A program made the position numbers and the translations under genes. Shown in pieces: positions 39,649-49,646 of a stretch of 64,000 nucleotides of DNA (positions are counted from its first letter, which is position 1; every line of letters starts with the position of its first letter). The stretch spans positions 1,664,001-1,728,000 of the forward strand of contig OY762721.1 of the NCBI GenBank assembly GCA_963666345.1. Direction: 5' to 3'. This stretch comes from Desulfatiglandales bacterium. Its GTDB lineage: Bacteria; Desulfobacterota; DSM-4660; Desulfatiglandales; Desulfatiglandaceae. The notes beneath the pieces were generated by a model that was not told the DNA's origin, did not search any database, and worked only from the letters and a program-made list of their open reading frames with translations.

Positions 39649-40530
39649 TCACCGGTTTGGGCCCGAACCTGAGCCTCTGAGGCCTATCATCTTGTAGATG
39701 AGCTTTGCCACTGCAAAGGGGGAGTTTGTGTCGGCCCCGGAATGACTCAGCTCGGTTACGTCAAAACCTACCACCTCTTTCCTTGAAAATATAACCCGGA
39801 GAAGATTGATCGCCTCATCCCACGAAAAGCCCCCCGGCTCAGGAGTTCCGGTGCTTGATACCACGCTCCAGTCAAAGGCATCCACATCAAAGGTGAGGAA
39901 CACCTTTTCAGGCAGCCGCTCGAGGGCCTTTTCCAGGTCAAAGTGACCTCGTCTGTATTCGTGCATGGTGCAAAGGCAAAGGCCTTCCCTGCTCACCCTT
40001 TCAGCCTCTTCAAGTGACATACTCCTTATGCCGATCTGGAGGGTAGAGGATGTATATTCCCTTATCCTCGACATGACACAGGCGTGGCTGTAACGGCTTC
40101 CCTCGTAGGTATCCCTGAGATCAGCATGGGCATCTACCTGTATTACTCCAAGGGTTGAGTACCTTTCCGAGAGGGCCTTTAAAAACCCGCTGCTTATGGA
40201 GTGATCCCCTCCAAGCAGTATAAGGTATTTCCCGTTTTCAAGTATAGACTTCGCGGTTCCATATACCTCATTGATCACATCCTCATCGGCGCAAGGAACA
40301 GGGGGCGGCATTACCGTACAGATTCCCGCGCGGCATGGTTCGCATTTCAAGACCTCGTCATACAGCTCGAGATACATTGAGGCTTCGATTACCGCATCAG
40401 GGGCATTTGCAGCGCCCTTTCCATACGATACGCCGCCTTCATAGGGAAATGGAAGAAGGACAAACTTCGCTCTGTTCCATGAGCACAAAGAAGGGTCAAG
40501 ATCCAGGAACTGCTTCGGATACCGGTCCAT
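39649..40530 (-). CDS. speB: Agmatinase / ureohydrolase
   Basis: GGDHS, DAHADLRD, SHAC, FDVDAFD and TGTPEPGG motifs. Confidence 0.93.
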   Translation of the reverse strand: MDRYPKQFLDLDPSLCSWNRAKFVLLPFPYEGGVSYGKGAANAPDAVIEASMYLELYDEVLKCEPCRAGICTVMPPPVPCADEDVINEVYGTAKSILENGKYLILLGGDHSISSGFLKALSERYSTLGVIQVDAHADLRDTYEGSRYSHACVMSRIREYTSSTLQIGIRSMSLEEAERVSREGLCLCTMHEYRRGHFDLEKALERLPEKVFLTFDVDAFDWSVVSSTGTPEPGGFSWDEAINLLRVIFSRKEVVGFDVTELSHSGADTNSPFAVAKLIYKMIGLRGSGSGPNR

Positions 40531-41621
40531 TATGCCTTTTCCAGTTTATGAGCCATATCGGGAATGCCGCGGGAAAGCATCCTGTATGGGCGGGCCTTGC
40601 ACTGATCGAGGGCGTAGGCGGCGAGCAGAGGGAATATCACGCTGTATTCGCCCCATATCTGTACCAGGCTTTCCTCATCTGTTGTCCGGTATTTTCCCCA
40701 GGTGACCGCCTCGCCGAATGAGCATCCTGAAAGGCTTCCTTCCCTTTCAGGTGCGGTTCCGATCTGAAGTCCCCTGTCAGCCCCCTCGAAATCGACCTCC
40801 AATATCTGGCTTATTGTTGGTCCGGTCTGCTGGATAAAATTCTTAGGGCCTCCACCTCCCAGTTCCACAAAACCGGTCCTTTCGGAAGAATAGACGATAC
40901 CCGCCGAATCGAGTATATCTTTTTGCGCGGAAAGGCTGACGGGATATCCCTCACGGTCGGTACGAACCAGATTCATGGCGATTGAGTGATTTGCAAGGGA
41001 ATCCCAGAATACAGGAACATTTAGTCTGGCAGCCCTGCAGACGAAACTTCTCTCAGGATGAGGCGCGTTTTTTTCGGCCCACTGTCCAAGAAAATAATTG
41101 AATTCCCAGCTGGACATGGGCCTGCCGGGAAATTTTTCAAAGGACCCGCGAACGAAATCCCTTATGATCTCATCCTGGGCCTCCAAGGTCTCTCTTTCCC
41201 TGATACCGATATCATAAATGCGGGTGTCTCCATGGATTCTCAGTTGATCGTCATCCCAAAAAGGCCTTATGGCCTTTACAGGAAGCCCGAATGCAAAGTG
41301 CAGGTCATGATATACCTGAGCCCCTGTCGAACAGATAACATCTATAAAGCCTGACTCGAGAAGCGATATTACGATGCCGCCCATGCCTCCGGCAATGCCC
41401 GCACCCGCTATTCCAAGCCATATGACATCACCGGCACCTATCATCTTTTTCAGCAGACATGCGCCCTTGTATATATTTCTCGCCTCAAATGAAATCCCGC
41501 CCATGTAATGGATCATATCTGAAACCGTCATTCCCTTTTCAGGCAAGACAGGCACGATATCGGGGTAGTCCTTGAAAAGAGTCTTTTTTTCGTCCATAAA
41601 ACCGACCCTACGGGGCATCAT
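40530..41621 (-). CDS. Deoxyhypusine synthase-like protein (probable homospermidine synthesis, SpeY-like)
   Basis: STGAQVYHD, LGGGGPKNF, GSLSG and EAVTWGK (catalytic Lys) motifs. Confidence 0.9.
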   Translation of the reverse strand: MMPRRVGFMDEKKTLFKDYPDIVPVLPEKGMTVSDMIHYMGGISFEARNIYKGACLLKKMIGAGDVIWLGIAGAGIAGGMGGIVISLLESGFIDVICSTGAQVYHDLHFAFGLPVKAIRPFWDDDQLRIHGDTRIYDIGIRERETLEAQDEIIRDFVRGSFEKFPGRPMSSWEFNYFLGQWAEKNAPHPERSFVCRAARLNVPVFWDSLANHSIAMNLVRTDREGYPVSLSAQKDILDSAGIVYSSERTGFVELGGGGPKNFIQQTGPTISQILEVDFEGADRGLQIGTAPEREGSLSGCSFGEAVTWGKYRTTDEESLVQIWGEYSVIFPLLAAYALDQCKARPYRMLSRGIPDMAHKLEKA

Positions 41622-41648
41622 TGTTTGTAATGTCCTGACCTGTCAACT

Positions 41649-41863
41649 TTGATGCATCCTTAAAAAGTCAATACTGAGACTGCTACGGCAAAAGGTTCAA
41701 ATGCAACGCTCGCACATCCGGGAACCCGCCCCAGCGTCGTGGGGAGTCCAAGCGAACAGCGGACAATCTTGAGGAATGAGGCTTTATTGTATGTTGCAAT
41801 GTCGAAAGATGAAGCATAATTCCGTCCGAGGCGGGGCAGTTGGACTTTTCACTAAGCCGTCAA
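41649..41863. mobile_element. Putative MITE (family 3) with imperfect terminal inverted repeats
   Basis: TTGATGCATCCTTAAAAAGTC ... GACTTTTCACTAAGCCGTCAA; internal motifs shared with 31520-31597 and 29652-29668. Confidence 0.55.
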
Positions 41864-41882
41864 CTCTAAAGCGCTACCGGGC

Positions 41883-42464
41883 TTAAGCGACACGATCCTC
41901 CAGGGCCGTCCAGTCAAGCAGCATTATCGCACAGGCGAGGACCGTAGTCCAGAGGCCTTTCTTATGGCCCCTTGCAGACTGGGCGATGCTCCTGCTCACG
42001 AACTGGGCCTGTCCGACCTTGTAAACCTTCTTGCGTTCATCCCAGGCCACGTCAGGGTCAAGTTCGATTCCGAGTGTGGATGCAAGCATTGTGGCGGCAA
42101 GATCTTCGGCGAAATCAGCCGATTTGAGTTTGGTCTCTCCAAAGGCGTGATGCTCGCTTATATATCCGTACTGGTCTTTGTCTTTAGGTCTTGCCAGCCC
42201 TATTGCGGCCGAAACAAGCCGGTTAGGTTCATTCGTGCATTCCTTGGCCATCACCGTAAAGGTGATCTGCCCGGGCTCCAGCTTCTGCACCCCTGCATCC
42301 CTTGATATGATCCTGCAATCAGGGGGGAATATACTGGATACATTCACCAGGTTACATTTCTGTATACCAGCACTCCTCAGGGCCAGCTCAAAACTCTGGA
42401 GTTTATTACGATGATAACCGACCCCTTTTGTAAAAAACATATTACTTGGAACCAATCTTTCCAA
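41883..42464 (-). CDS. pdaD: Pyruvoyl-dependent arginine decarboxylase
   Basis: SFELALRSAGI..CNLVNVSSIFPP (Ser-Ser autocleavage site) and YGYISEH motifs; GGAG SD before TTG. Confidence 0.92.
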   Translation of the reverse strand: MERLVPSNMFFTKGVGYHRNKLQSFELALRSAGIQKCNLVNVSSIFPPDCRIISRDAGVQKLEPGQITFTVMAKECTNEPNRLVSAAIGLARPKDKDQYGYISEHHAFGETKLKSADFAEDLAATMLASTLGIELDPDVAWDERKKVYKVGQAQFVSRSIAQSARGHKKGLWTTVLACAIMLLDWTALEDRVA

Positions 42465-42700
42465 TTCTTATCTCCATGAAAATTCGTCTATGGGAAAGCG
42501 GTAAAATCCGCATGGATTACCCTTTATGCGTTCGCAAAAAGTCAAGCTTCGGACGGCACGGTAAAAGGGCCCGATCTCCCTGTCTTTTCACCGCAAAAAC
42601 GCTTTCTTATAAATCCGGAGCAAATGAATAGCAAGATTAAAATACGATATTATCGGCTTTAAGCAGTCATAAAACGTCAGTAGGCTCCGGCTGAAGAAAT

Positions 42701-43336
42701 TCAGGCCTGATCGCCTGGGAGGGGAAAAGGGCCTTCCAGGGTTTCATAGTCCCCTTCGGTGTCTATATCCCTGTCGTCGAAACCTGCAGGAGGATCCACA
42801 TGCAGGACCCGATCCTTATGTCTTTCAAAAAGGGCCCTTGCACCGGTATCTCCCTTGAGTTCCCTGAGCTCGCCGAAAAGCTCGCTGTTTATAATCACGG
42901 GATGAGATCTCCTCCCCCCTGACCACAGGGCTGCCAGAGGCAGTCGACACTCAAGGTATGCATGAAGGACTTTGTTGATAGCCGTTGATCCGACGTGAGG
43001 CATGTCTGCAAGCAGAATCATCAGGTGGGAGAAGCGGCCCTCCATTCTGCCGAGGCCCGCCTGGATGGAGGTGCTCATACCTTTACGGTAATCGGGATTT
43101 TCAATCACTTCCAGCCGGGGATCATAGAGATATCGTGAGACAACCGGCAGGAGAAGATTTTTCTCATGGCCGAGGACCAGCCCTACCCTGTTAAGGTCGG
43201 AACCGAGGGCCTCTTTGAGGGCCTTTTCAAGAAGGGTTCGGCCCCCTATTGGAAGCAGTTGTTTGACTCTTCCCATCCTTGTCGAGGCACCTGCCGCAAG
43301 AAGCAGTCCCGCCGCATTTTCTTTCTGCCTGCCCAT
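42701..43336 (-). CDS. mocA: Molybdenum cofactor cytidylyltransferase MocA/YgfJ-like nucleotidyltransferase
   Basis: LAAGASTRMGRVKQLL, NPDY..GMSTS, LADMP, GDTGAR and DIDT motifs. Confidence 0.82.
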   Translation of the reverse strand: MGRQKENAAGLLLAAGASTRMGRVKQLLPIGGRTLLEKALKEALGSDLNRVGLVLGHEKNLLLPVVSRYLYDPRLEVIENPDYRKGMSTSIQAGLGRMEGRFSHLMILLADMPHVGSTAINKVLHAYLECRLPLAALWSGGRRSHPVIINSELFGELRELKGDTGARALFERHKDRVLHVDPPAGFDDRDIDTEGDYETLEGPFPLPGDQA

Positions 43337-43343
43337 GGTCGGA

Positions 43344-43916
43344 CTAAACCGTCTCCAATTCCTTTGCTCCATGTCTAAGGCCGGCTTCAAAAACCTTCAG
43401 ATTCACGGACCTGAATCTGTCGGGACTGACCTGATCTATGGTCGCCTTAAACTCACCAGGGGCGAAGATCGAATTTTCAAAGGCGGAAAAATATCCAAGC
43501 ATGGCGAGATTGGAAGACATGGGCGCACCCAGCTCCATCGCGATCTTTCCCGCAGGCAGGCACCTGTGTCTTATCCCCATTTTATCAAGATAGGCTATTA
43601 CCATGGGACGCGGAAAAACACCCGGTTCGGCATTCACATACATCCCGCCGCCTGAAGCAAGATAGGGCAGATTACGATAGGCCTCGTTTTCCTCAAGCGC
43701 AAGCAGATAATCCGCAGACCCGGTCCTGATAAGACTGCTGTTTACTTTGCCCAGCCTCAGATGTGATACGACGGAACCTCCCCGCTGGGCCATGCCGTGT
43801 GTCTCGGCACCCATTATGTCCAGCCCCTTATTCAGTGCCGCATTTGCAACGATCTTGGTCATAAACAATATCCCCTGTCCTCCAAGACCACTCAACAGGA
43901 AATCGGCCTTTTCCAT
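43344..43916 (-). CDS. iorB: Indolepyruvate:ferredoxin oxidoreductase beta subunit
   Basis: GLGGQG and ETHGMAQRGGSV motifs; SD before ATG 43916. Confidence 0.92.
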   Translation of the reverse strand: MEKADFLLSGLGGQGILFMTKIVANAALNKGLDIMGAETHGMAQRGGSVVSHLRLGKVNSSLIRTGSADYLLALEENEAYRNLPYLASGGGMYVNAEPGVFPRPMVIAYLDKMGIRHRCLPAGKIAMELGAPMSSNLAMLGYFSAFENSIFAPGEFKATIDQVSPDRFRSVNLKVFEAGLRHGAKELETV

Positions 43917-43960
43917 GCCCCCCCTCTCCTTCCGGCTCCACGAGTTTCTTATGTCACAGG

Positions 43961-45820
43961 CTATGCCTCTACAATAGCGCCTTTCGGACACACCTCGAGA
44001 CAGACCCCGCAGCCGATGCAAAGCGCCTGGCTGACTGCCGTCCTTTCCAGTTTATCATCCCTGTAAAGGGCCGGACATTCAAATCTGTCAAGACATATGC
44101 TGCAGTCCACGCAGTCATCGGTTATTATAACTTTTTTCCTGACCGGTACGGCCTTTTCCCTGTAGGCGATTACACAGGGGTGACGGGCTATAACCACCGC
44201 GATCCCCCCCTCAGGGTCATCCGTGTAGGCGACCGCCTTCTTCAGGACCTCCATGGTTTTCTTCACATCATAGGGATCAACCACCTCCACAAAGTCGATC
44301 CCGCAGCCGGTTGCCGCCCTTTCAAGGGATATACTCCTTCCTTTACTCCCATCGGCCCTGATCCCCAGCCCCGGAGTGGGCTGCATTCCCGTCATGGCTG
44401 TCGTCATGTTATCGAGAATCACCAGCACGAACCGTGAATCGTTATATACCGCGTTTAAAAGCCCTGCCGTGCCTGAGTGGAAAAAAGTCGAATCCCCTAT
44501 TGTGGCCACGATAGGCTGTTTTACATTATCCTGTTCAAAGGCATGATAGAACCCTGACGCCATTGTTATGGCACCCCCCATATCCAGGCAGGTGTCCACC
44601 CCGCCCAGGTTTAGGCCCAGGGTGTAGCATCCTATGTCGGAGGTGAATATGGCCTTTGGCCTTACCTTTCTTATCGCGTAGAATGCCGCTCTGTGAGGAC
44701 ATCCGGGGCACAGAGTCGGTTTTCTTACAGGCAGGTCCAGCTTCTGCACCAGCTCGATCGGCTCCCTGTCCTCGGTCCCGGAAAACGGCTTTAGACCTGT
44801 TTCCTGAAGCACCACATCTACTATGGAATAGATGACCTGCGGCACGAGTTCTCCCTCGGAAGGCACATGCCCGGAGAGTCTTCCAAGCACCTTTTCCCTG
44901 TCGCGCAGGAAATACTCTATAACCGAGTCCGTCTCTTCAAGTACAAGCACCCTGGCACACTTAGACATGAACCGTCCCGCCAACCCTTCCGGAAAGGGGA
45001 AAGGGGTCCCGAGTTTCAGCAGCGGGATATCCTTTCGTCCCTCTTCGATCAGGATGTCGGAGATAACCGAATAGGGCACCCCGCCTGCGACTATGCCCAG
45101 AGGGTAATTTTTTCCGTCTTCCAGATTATGGAAGTTTATTTCACTGAGCTGATCGAATCTTTCTCCTATGCTTTTGAGTTTCAGGTTGAGTTCCCTGTGC
45201 AGTTTGAGGCGAAAACGCGGAGTAGCGGCCCATCTGGAGGGATCTTTTTCAAAAGAGGCGTTTTTCATGTTGCTCACCAGTTCGCCTCTGACAAGATTCT
45301 GTCTGGCATGACAGACCCTTATTGCGGGCCTCAGGATGACCGGGACAAGAAATTCTTCCGATATCTCCATGGCCAGTCGTGCCATTTTCCTTGCCTCTTG
45401 CGGAGTGGAGGGATCCATTACAGGGACCTTTGCAAGCCTTGCCATAAGCCTGGTATCCTGTTCGGTCTGCGAGGAATGCGGCCCCGGGTCGTCACACGAT
45501 ATTATGACAAAGCCTGCGGAGGTTCCCATATAGGCGGCGCTCATGAGAGAGTCTGAAGCCACATTCAAGCCCACCTGTTTCATGCAGCATGCTGCCCGCT
45601 TGCCTGAAACAGCGGCTGCAAAGGCGTTGTCGAGTGCGACCTTCTCATTGGTGGACCATTCCACATAGGTATTGAGCCCCTCTGATTTTACGAGCCGGAC
45701 GACCTCCGGAAGGATCTCTGAACTGGGTGTTCCGGGATAAGAGGTGACTACCTGACAACCGGACTCCACAAGACCCAGTGCAACAGCCCCGTTTCCTAAA
45801 TAAATCTCCTCAATGCTCAT
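43961..45820 (-). CDS. iorA: Indolepyruvate:ferredoxin oxidoreductase alpha subunit
   Basis: YPGTPSSE, NEKVA, KQVGLNVA, CPGCPH, DIGC, GDSTF TPP motif, C-terminal 2x[4Fe-4S]. Confidence 0.95.
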   Translation of the reverse strand: MSIEEIYLGNGAVALGLVESGCQVVTSYPGTPSSEILPEVVRLVKSEGLNTYVEWSTNEKVALDNAFAAAVSGKRAACCMKQVGLNVASDSLMSAAYMGTSAGFVIISCDDPGPHSSQTEQDTRLMARLAKVPVMDPSTPQEARKMARLAMEISEEFLVPVILRPAIRVCHARQNLVRGELVSNMKNASFEKDPSRWAATPRFRLKLHRELNLKLKSIGERFDQLSEINFHNLEDGKNYPLGIVAGGVPYSVISDILIEEGRKDIPLLKLGTPFPFPEGLAGRFMSKCARVLVLEETDSVIEYFLRDREKVLGRLSGHVPSEGELVPQVIYSIVDVVLQETGLKPFSGTEDREPIELVQKLDLPVRKPTLCPGCPHRAAFYAIRKVRPKAIFTSDIGCYTLGLNLGGVDTCLDMGGAITMASGFYHAFEQDNVKQPIVATIGDSTFFHSGTAGLLNAVYNDSRFVLVILDNMTTAMTGMQPTPGLGIRADGSKGRSISLERAATGCGIDFVEVVDPYDVKKTMEVLKKAVAYTDDPEGGIAVVIARHPCVIAYREKAVPVRKKVIITDDCVDCSICLDRFECPALYRDDKLERTAVSQALCIGCGVCLEVCPKGAIVEA

Positions 45821-46098
45821 TATTCCCCCTTTATCCTCTCCTTGGCCTGTTCGATCAAATCCATAAGTGAGTGCACCTTTGTCTTGGAAGGCCTTGTAAA
45901 GGCCTTTTCCCACTGCTCCCGGTCCAGCATGTCACTCAGATAGTCCTCTACCTGAAAGTGGGTATGCCAGCAGTCAAGGGTCTTGAAACAGGGCAGTCCG
46001 CTGTTTTCCCTCAAGCAGTAGGAAAACTGGATCTGATGGCCCAGTCTCGGGCACCTGATCTTATAATCATCATCCGGGGGTGTAAGCTTTTTTTCCAT
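45820..46098 (-). CDS. Small Cys-containing hypothetical protein
   Basis: 92 aa, RCPRLGH..F.YC...PCFKTLDCW; GGAG SD; 1-nt overlap with the iorA start. Confidence 0.8.
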   Translation of the reverse strand: MEKKLTPPDDDYKIRCPRLGHQIQFSYCLRENSGLPCFKTLDCWHTHFQVEDYLSDMLDREQWEKAFTRPSKTKVHSLMDLIEQAKERIKGE

Positions 46099-46162
46099 GG
46101 CTCCCTATTTCAACCCATAAGGCCGTATCGGCCTCATGGGTTTTCATGAATGGTGATGGTTT

Positions 46163-47539
46163 TCATCCCGTGTACTGTCTGGGTTTGGGAAGGGGTGCAA
46201 TCTCGCTGAGGGCCCTCTGGATCTCTTCCTCCGCCAGGGCGTGATCAGCCAGTTTGCCTGTAAGATATGCCTCGTAGGCAGCCATATCAACAAGGCCGTG
46301 ACCGCTCCAGTTAAAGAGTATGACCTTTTCCTTTCCCTCCTCCTTTGCCTTCAGCGCCTCACGGATCGTAACGGCAACGGCGTGATTTGTCTCAGGCGCG
46401 CTTATAAAGCCCTCGGTCCTGGCAAAGGCGATACCGGCTTCGAAGGTCTCAAGCTGCGGCACTGCCACCGGTCGAATAAGGTTATCCAGTATGAGCTGGC
46501 TGATAAGCGGGGCCATTCCATGATACCTCAGTCCGCCTGCATGTATCGGTTCGGGGACAAAACCGTGTCCCAGGGTATGCATGGGAAGGAGCGGGGTCAT
46601 CTGAACCGTATCCCCGAAATCGTATGCAAAGGGCCCCCTTGTCATGGTAGGGCATGACTCCGGCTCAACACCGATTATATCTATATCCTTGCCGTGGATC
46701 TTATCTCTTACAAATGGAAAGCAGTTTCCGGCGAAATTGCTTCCGCCTCCTGCGCAGCCTATGACGACATCAGGATAATCACCTGTAAGGGCCATCTGTT
46801 TCTGTGTTTCAAGACCGTTTATCGTCTGGTGAAGCATGACATGGTTGAGGACGCTTCCAAGCGAATACTTACTGTTTTCATCCATGACAGCTGCCTCAAC
46901 CGCCTCGCTTATGGCCATTCCGAGGCTGCCTGGTGAGTCGGGGTTCTGCTCCAGGATCGATCGCCCCGCCTTAGTCTCGGTGCTGGGGCTCGCCGTGCAG
47001 CTTGCCCCCCATGTCTCCATCATCATGCGGCGGTAGGGTTTTTGCTGATAGCTGATCTTGACCATGAAGACCTTGCACTCAAGGCCGAACATTGCGCAGC
47101 ACATGGAAAGGGCGCTTCCCCACTGGCCGGCCCCTGTCTCGGTCGTGATCCTCTTTGTCCCGGCGACCTTGTTGTAATAGGCCTGAGCAATGGCCGTATT
47201 GGGCTTGTGGCTTCCGGCAGGGCTCACCCCCTCGTTCTTGAAATAGATCCTTGCGGGGGTATCAAGATATTTCTCCAATTCATAGGCCCTGTAGAGGGGT
47301 GTAGGTCTCCAGATGGCATATTTTTCAAGTACCTCCTCCGGGATATCTATCCATCTTTCCTGGCTGACCTCCTGTTCGATCAGGTTCATCGGAAAGATGG
47401 GCGCCAAATCATCAGGACCGACCGGCTCTCCAGTACCGGGATGAAGCGGCGGCTCCATCGGTGTGGGCATATCAGCCTGGATGTTATACCACTGGCGCGG
47501 CAATTCCGACTCGGGTAAAACGATCTTCTTGGCCTTCAT
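46163..47539 (-). CDS. trpB2: TrpB2 (tryptophan synthase beta-like, indole salvage type) PLP enzyme
   Basis: WYNIQAD N-terminus, [11 protein letters not shown]-Lys, [15 protein letters not shown] and HAGGLRYHG motifs; AAGGAGG SD. Confidence 0.95.
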   Translation of the reverse strand: MKAKKIVLPESELPRQWYNIQADMPTPMEPPLHPGTGEPVGPDDLAPIFPMNLIEQEVSQERWIDIPEEVLEKYAIWRPTPLYRAYELEKYLDTPARIYFKNEGVSPAGSHKPNTAIAQAYYNKVAGTKRITTETGAGQWGSALSMCCAMFGLECKVFMVKISYQQKPYRRMMMETWGASCTASPSTETKAGRSILEQNPDSPGSLGMAISEAVEAAVMDENSKYSLGSVLNHVMLHQTINGLETQKQMALTGDYPDVVIGCAGGGSNFAGNCFPFVRDKIHGKDIDIIGVEPESCPTMTRGPFAYDFGDTVQMTPLLPMHTLGHGFVPEPIHAGGLRYHGMAPLISQLILDNLIRPVAVPQLETFEAGIAFARTEGFISAPETNHAVAVTIREALKAKEEGKEKVILFNWSGHGLVDMAAYEAYLTGKLADHALAEEEIQRALSEIAPLPKPRQYTG

Positions 47540-47831
47540 GACTCCTCCTTTCGTCCACTTAAGTTCCCGTTTCGGCACGCAGCATCCTTGCTGCGAACCA
47601 GCCTATGACCTTAAATTTTCCAGACTTGCGAAGTGCTTGACTTGCCACTGACACTTCGATAGAGCCTGGCGGCCTAAAACAAGAAAAACCCCGAGTCAGG
47701 CTGATATCATCGCGCAGGCGAACAAGAGAACGATGGAGAGTTCAAAACAGCTGTAGTAAAGGCTTCAGGAATCACTCAAACGATATGCCACCGAAAACGA
47801 AGCAAAAAAGGAACCCAAAAGAATTGAAACA

Positions 47832-47862
47832 AAGCATACTATTCTTTACCCTATAAAGTCAA
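47832..47862 (-). promoter_or_regulatory. Putative sigma70 promoter upstream of trpB2
   Basis: Minus strand TTGACT-18 bp-TATGCT. Confidence 0.4.
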
Positions 47863-47952
47863 ACAAGATATTAGTTAGGTATCATATATTTTTATTAGAA
47901 AACAGACGACTTTTTCTTTTAAGATAAGGAGGGCATCAAAGCACTCAAGGGC

Positions 47953-49581
47953 CTAATAACCAAGGGCAAGGCCGTCTTTTCTCCTGTCGGAGGCCCCCAT
48001 GAGGATGTCTTGGACCGGATCAAGGTATATGGCCTGTCCGCCACCGACCTGATTTACTGAAAAGTCCGACCCTGCAGACTCATGGCCCCTTTTTTCGAGA
48101 GATGAAACGGTCTCATGGGGGATACCTCCCTCAAAATAGACCTTCCGTCCCTTAAGATGCCTTACCCTCGGCGCGTCCACCGCCTCCTGGATATTCATCT
48201 TGAAATCTATAATATTGACAAGGAACTGCACATGCCCCTGAGGCTGCATATCGCCCCCCATAACTCCGAAGCTCATCAAAAATCGGCCTTCTTTGAAAAG
48301 CATGGCGGGGATGATGGTGTGCATCGGTCTTTTTAAAGGCTCTATCCTGTTACGGTGATCCTCCTTCATGGAAAAGGAATACCCCCTGTTATGGAGGATT
48401 ATGCCTGTATGATCCACGACCATGCCTGAGCCGAAGGGCATGAAGATACTGCTTATAAAGGAGGCTGCATTCCTGTCCTTGTCAACAGCGGTAACGTAGA
48501 CGGTTTCGGAGCCCTGGGGAAAGGTCGAATAAATCAAATGGCAGGCCCTGTGAGGATCGATATTTTGCCTCTGCCTGTCAGCATATTCCTTTGAAATAAG
48601 TCTTTCTACCGGTACCTCTGAAAACCTGGGGTCTGCGATAAATCTGTCCCTGTCATAGAACGCGAGTTTTTTCGCCTCTATTAGCAGATGAAGAAATTCA
48701 GGGCTGTTGTGCCCAAGCCCCCCGATGTCGAACCCCTCCATGATATTCAGCATTTCAAGAGCGGTAACCCCCTGACCGTTGGGTGGAAGTTCAAAGACCG
48801 TGTAACCCCTGTAATCGGTTGAAAGGGGTTTCACCCAGGAGGAGGTATGCCCTTCAAAATCACTCCTTGTGAAAAGGCCTCCCTCACGATCCGAAAATTT
48901 TATGATTTTATCGCATATATCTCCGGAGTAAAAGGCCTCTGTACCTTCATCCGCAATCACCCTGTAGGTAGCGGCGATATCCCTATTTCTGAACAGACTT
49001 CCGGGGCCGGGGGCCTTTCCGTTGATCAGATATGTCTTTGCCGAACCTTCATGGGATGCCAGAAGGGATTCGCAGTCTTTCCATTCTCCTGCTATCACCT
49101 CGGTAACGGGGAACCCGTTTTCACCGTAATAGATCGCATCCTCAAACAGATCCCTCGGCTCCATGGTTCCATATCTGTCTATGGCCTCATACCATCCATG
49201 AAGCGCCCCCGGCACGGTGGCCGAAAGGATGCCTCTTTCAGGAATCGCCTTGAGCCCCATCCTGCCGAGGGTCGAGATGTCCGCCCTGCCCGGGGCCCTT
49301 CCGCTTCCGTTCAATCCGATGACATCTCCGTCTTCCGCCATGTAAATAAGCCCGAAGGCGTCCCCGCCCAGACCAACGGAAAAGGGTTCCACCACGCTCA
49401 GGGTGCTGAGCATTGAAACCGCCGCGTCCACGGCATTTCCGCCTTTAGAAAGTATCTTATAGCCGGATAAGGTGGCAAGCTGCTGGCTTGAGGCCGCCAT
49501 GCCATGTGCGCCCATGGCGACCGATCTCTGCGCATAGTTTTGCGCCTCTCTCTTGTTCGAATAGATAAATTTCATATCCAA
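47953..49581 (-). CDS. ggt: Gamma-glutamyltransferase family protein
   Basis: GGNAVDAA, GLGGD, PPNGQG, ETVY (Thr nucleophile), GVMGG and SDRRKDG motifs. Confidence 0.93.
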   Translation of the reverse strand: MDMKFIYSNKREAQNYAQRSVAMGAHGMAASSQQLATLSGYKILSKGGNAVDAAVSMLSTLSVVEPFSVGLGGDAFGLIYMAEDGDVIGLNGSGRAPGRADISTLGRMGLKAIPERGILSATVPGALHGWYEAIDRYGTMEPRDLFEDAIYYGENGFPVTEVIAGEWKDCESLLASHEGSAKTYLINGKAPGPGSLFRNRDIAATYRVIADEGTEAFYSGDICDKIIKFSDREGGLFTRSDFEGHTSSWVKPLSTDYRGYTVFELPPNGQGVTALEMLNIMEGFDIGGLGHNSPEFLHLLIEAKKLAFYDRDRFIADPRFSEVPVERLISKEYADRQRQNIDPHRACHLIYSTFPQGSETVYVTAVDKDRNAASFISSIFMPFGSGMVVDHTGIILHNRGYSFSMKEDHRNRIEPLKRPMHTIIPAMLFKEGRFLMSFGVMGGDMQPQGHVQFLVNIIDFKMNIQEAVDAPRVRHLKGRKVYFEGGIPHETVSSLEKRGHESAGSDFSVNQVGGGQAIYLDPVQDILMGASDRRKDGLALGY

Positions 49582-49646
49582 GACCTCCAGGACGGGATCT
49601 CTTTTAGGTCTGCTGCCAAGATTTCAGTTCCGGACAAAGGGAAACA

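Noticed and set aside
40530..41621. Hypusination of EF-P by the DHS-like protein
   Set aside because: EF-P has the PGKG loop with an adjacent EpmA, and the DHS-like gene sits among polyamine genes
47772..47837. Phe-rich leader peptide MLCFNSFGFLFCFVFGGISFE upstream of trpB2
   Set aside because: Its ATG lies inside the putative -10 box, it has no SD or attenuator hairpin, and T-richness explains the Phe codons
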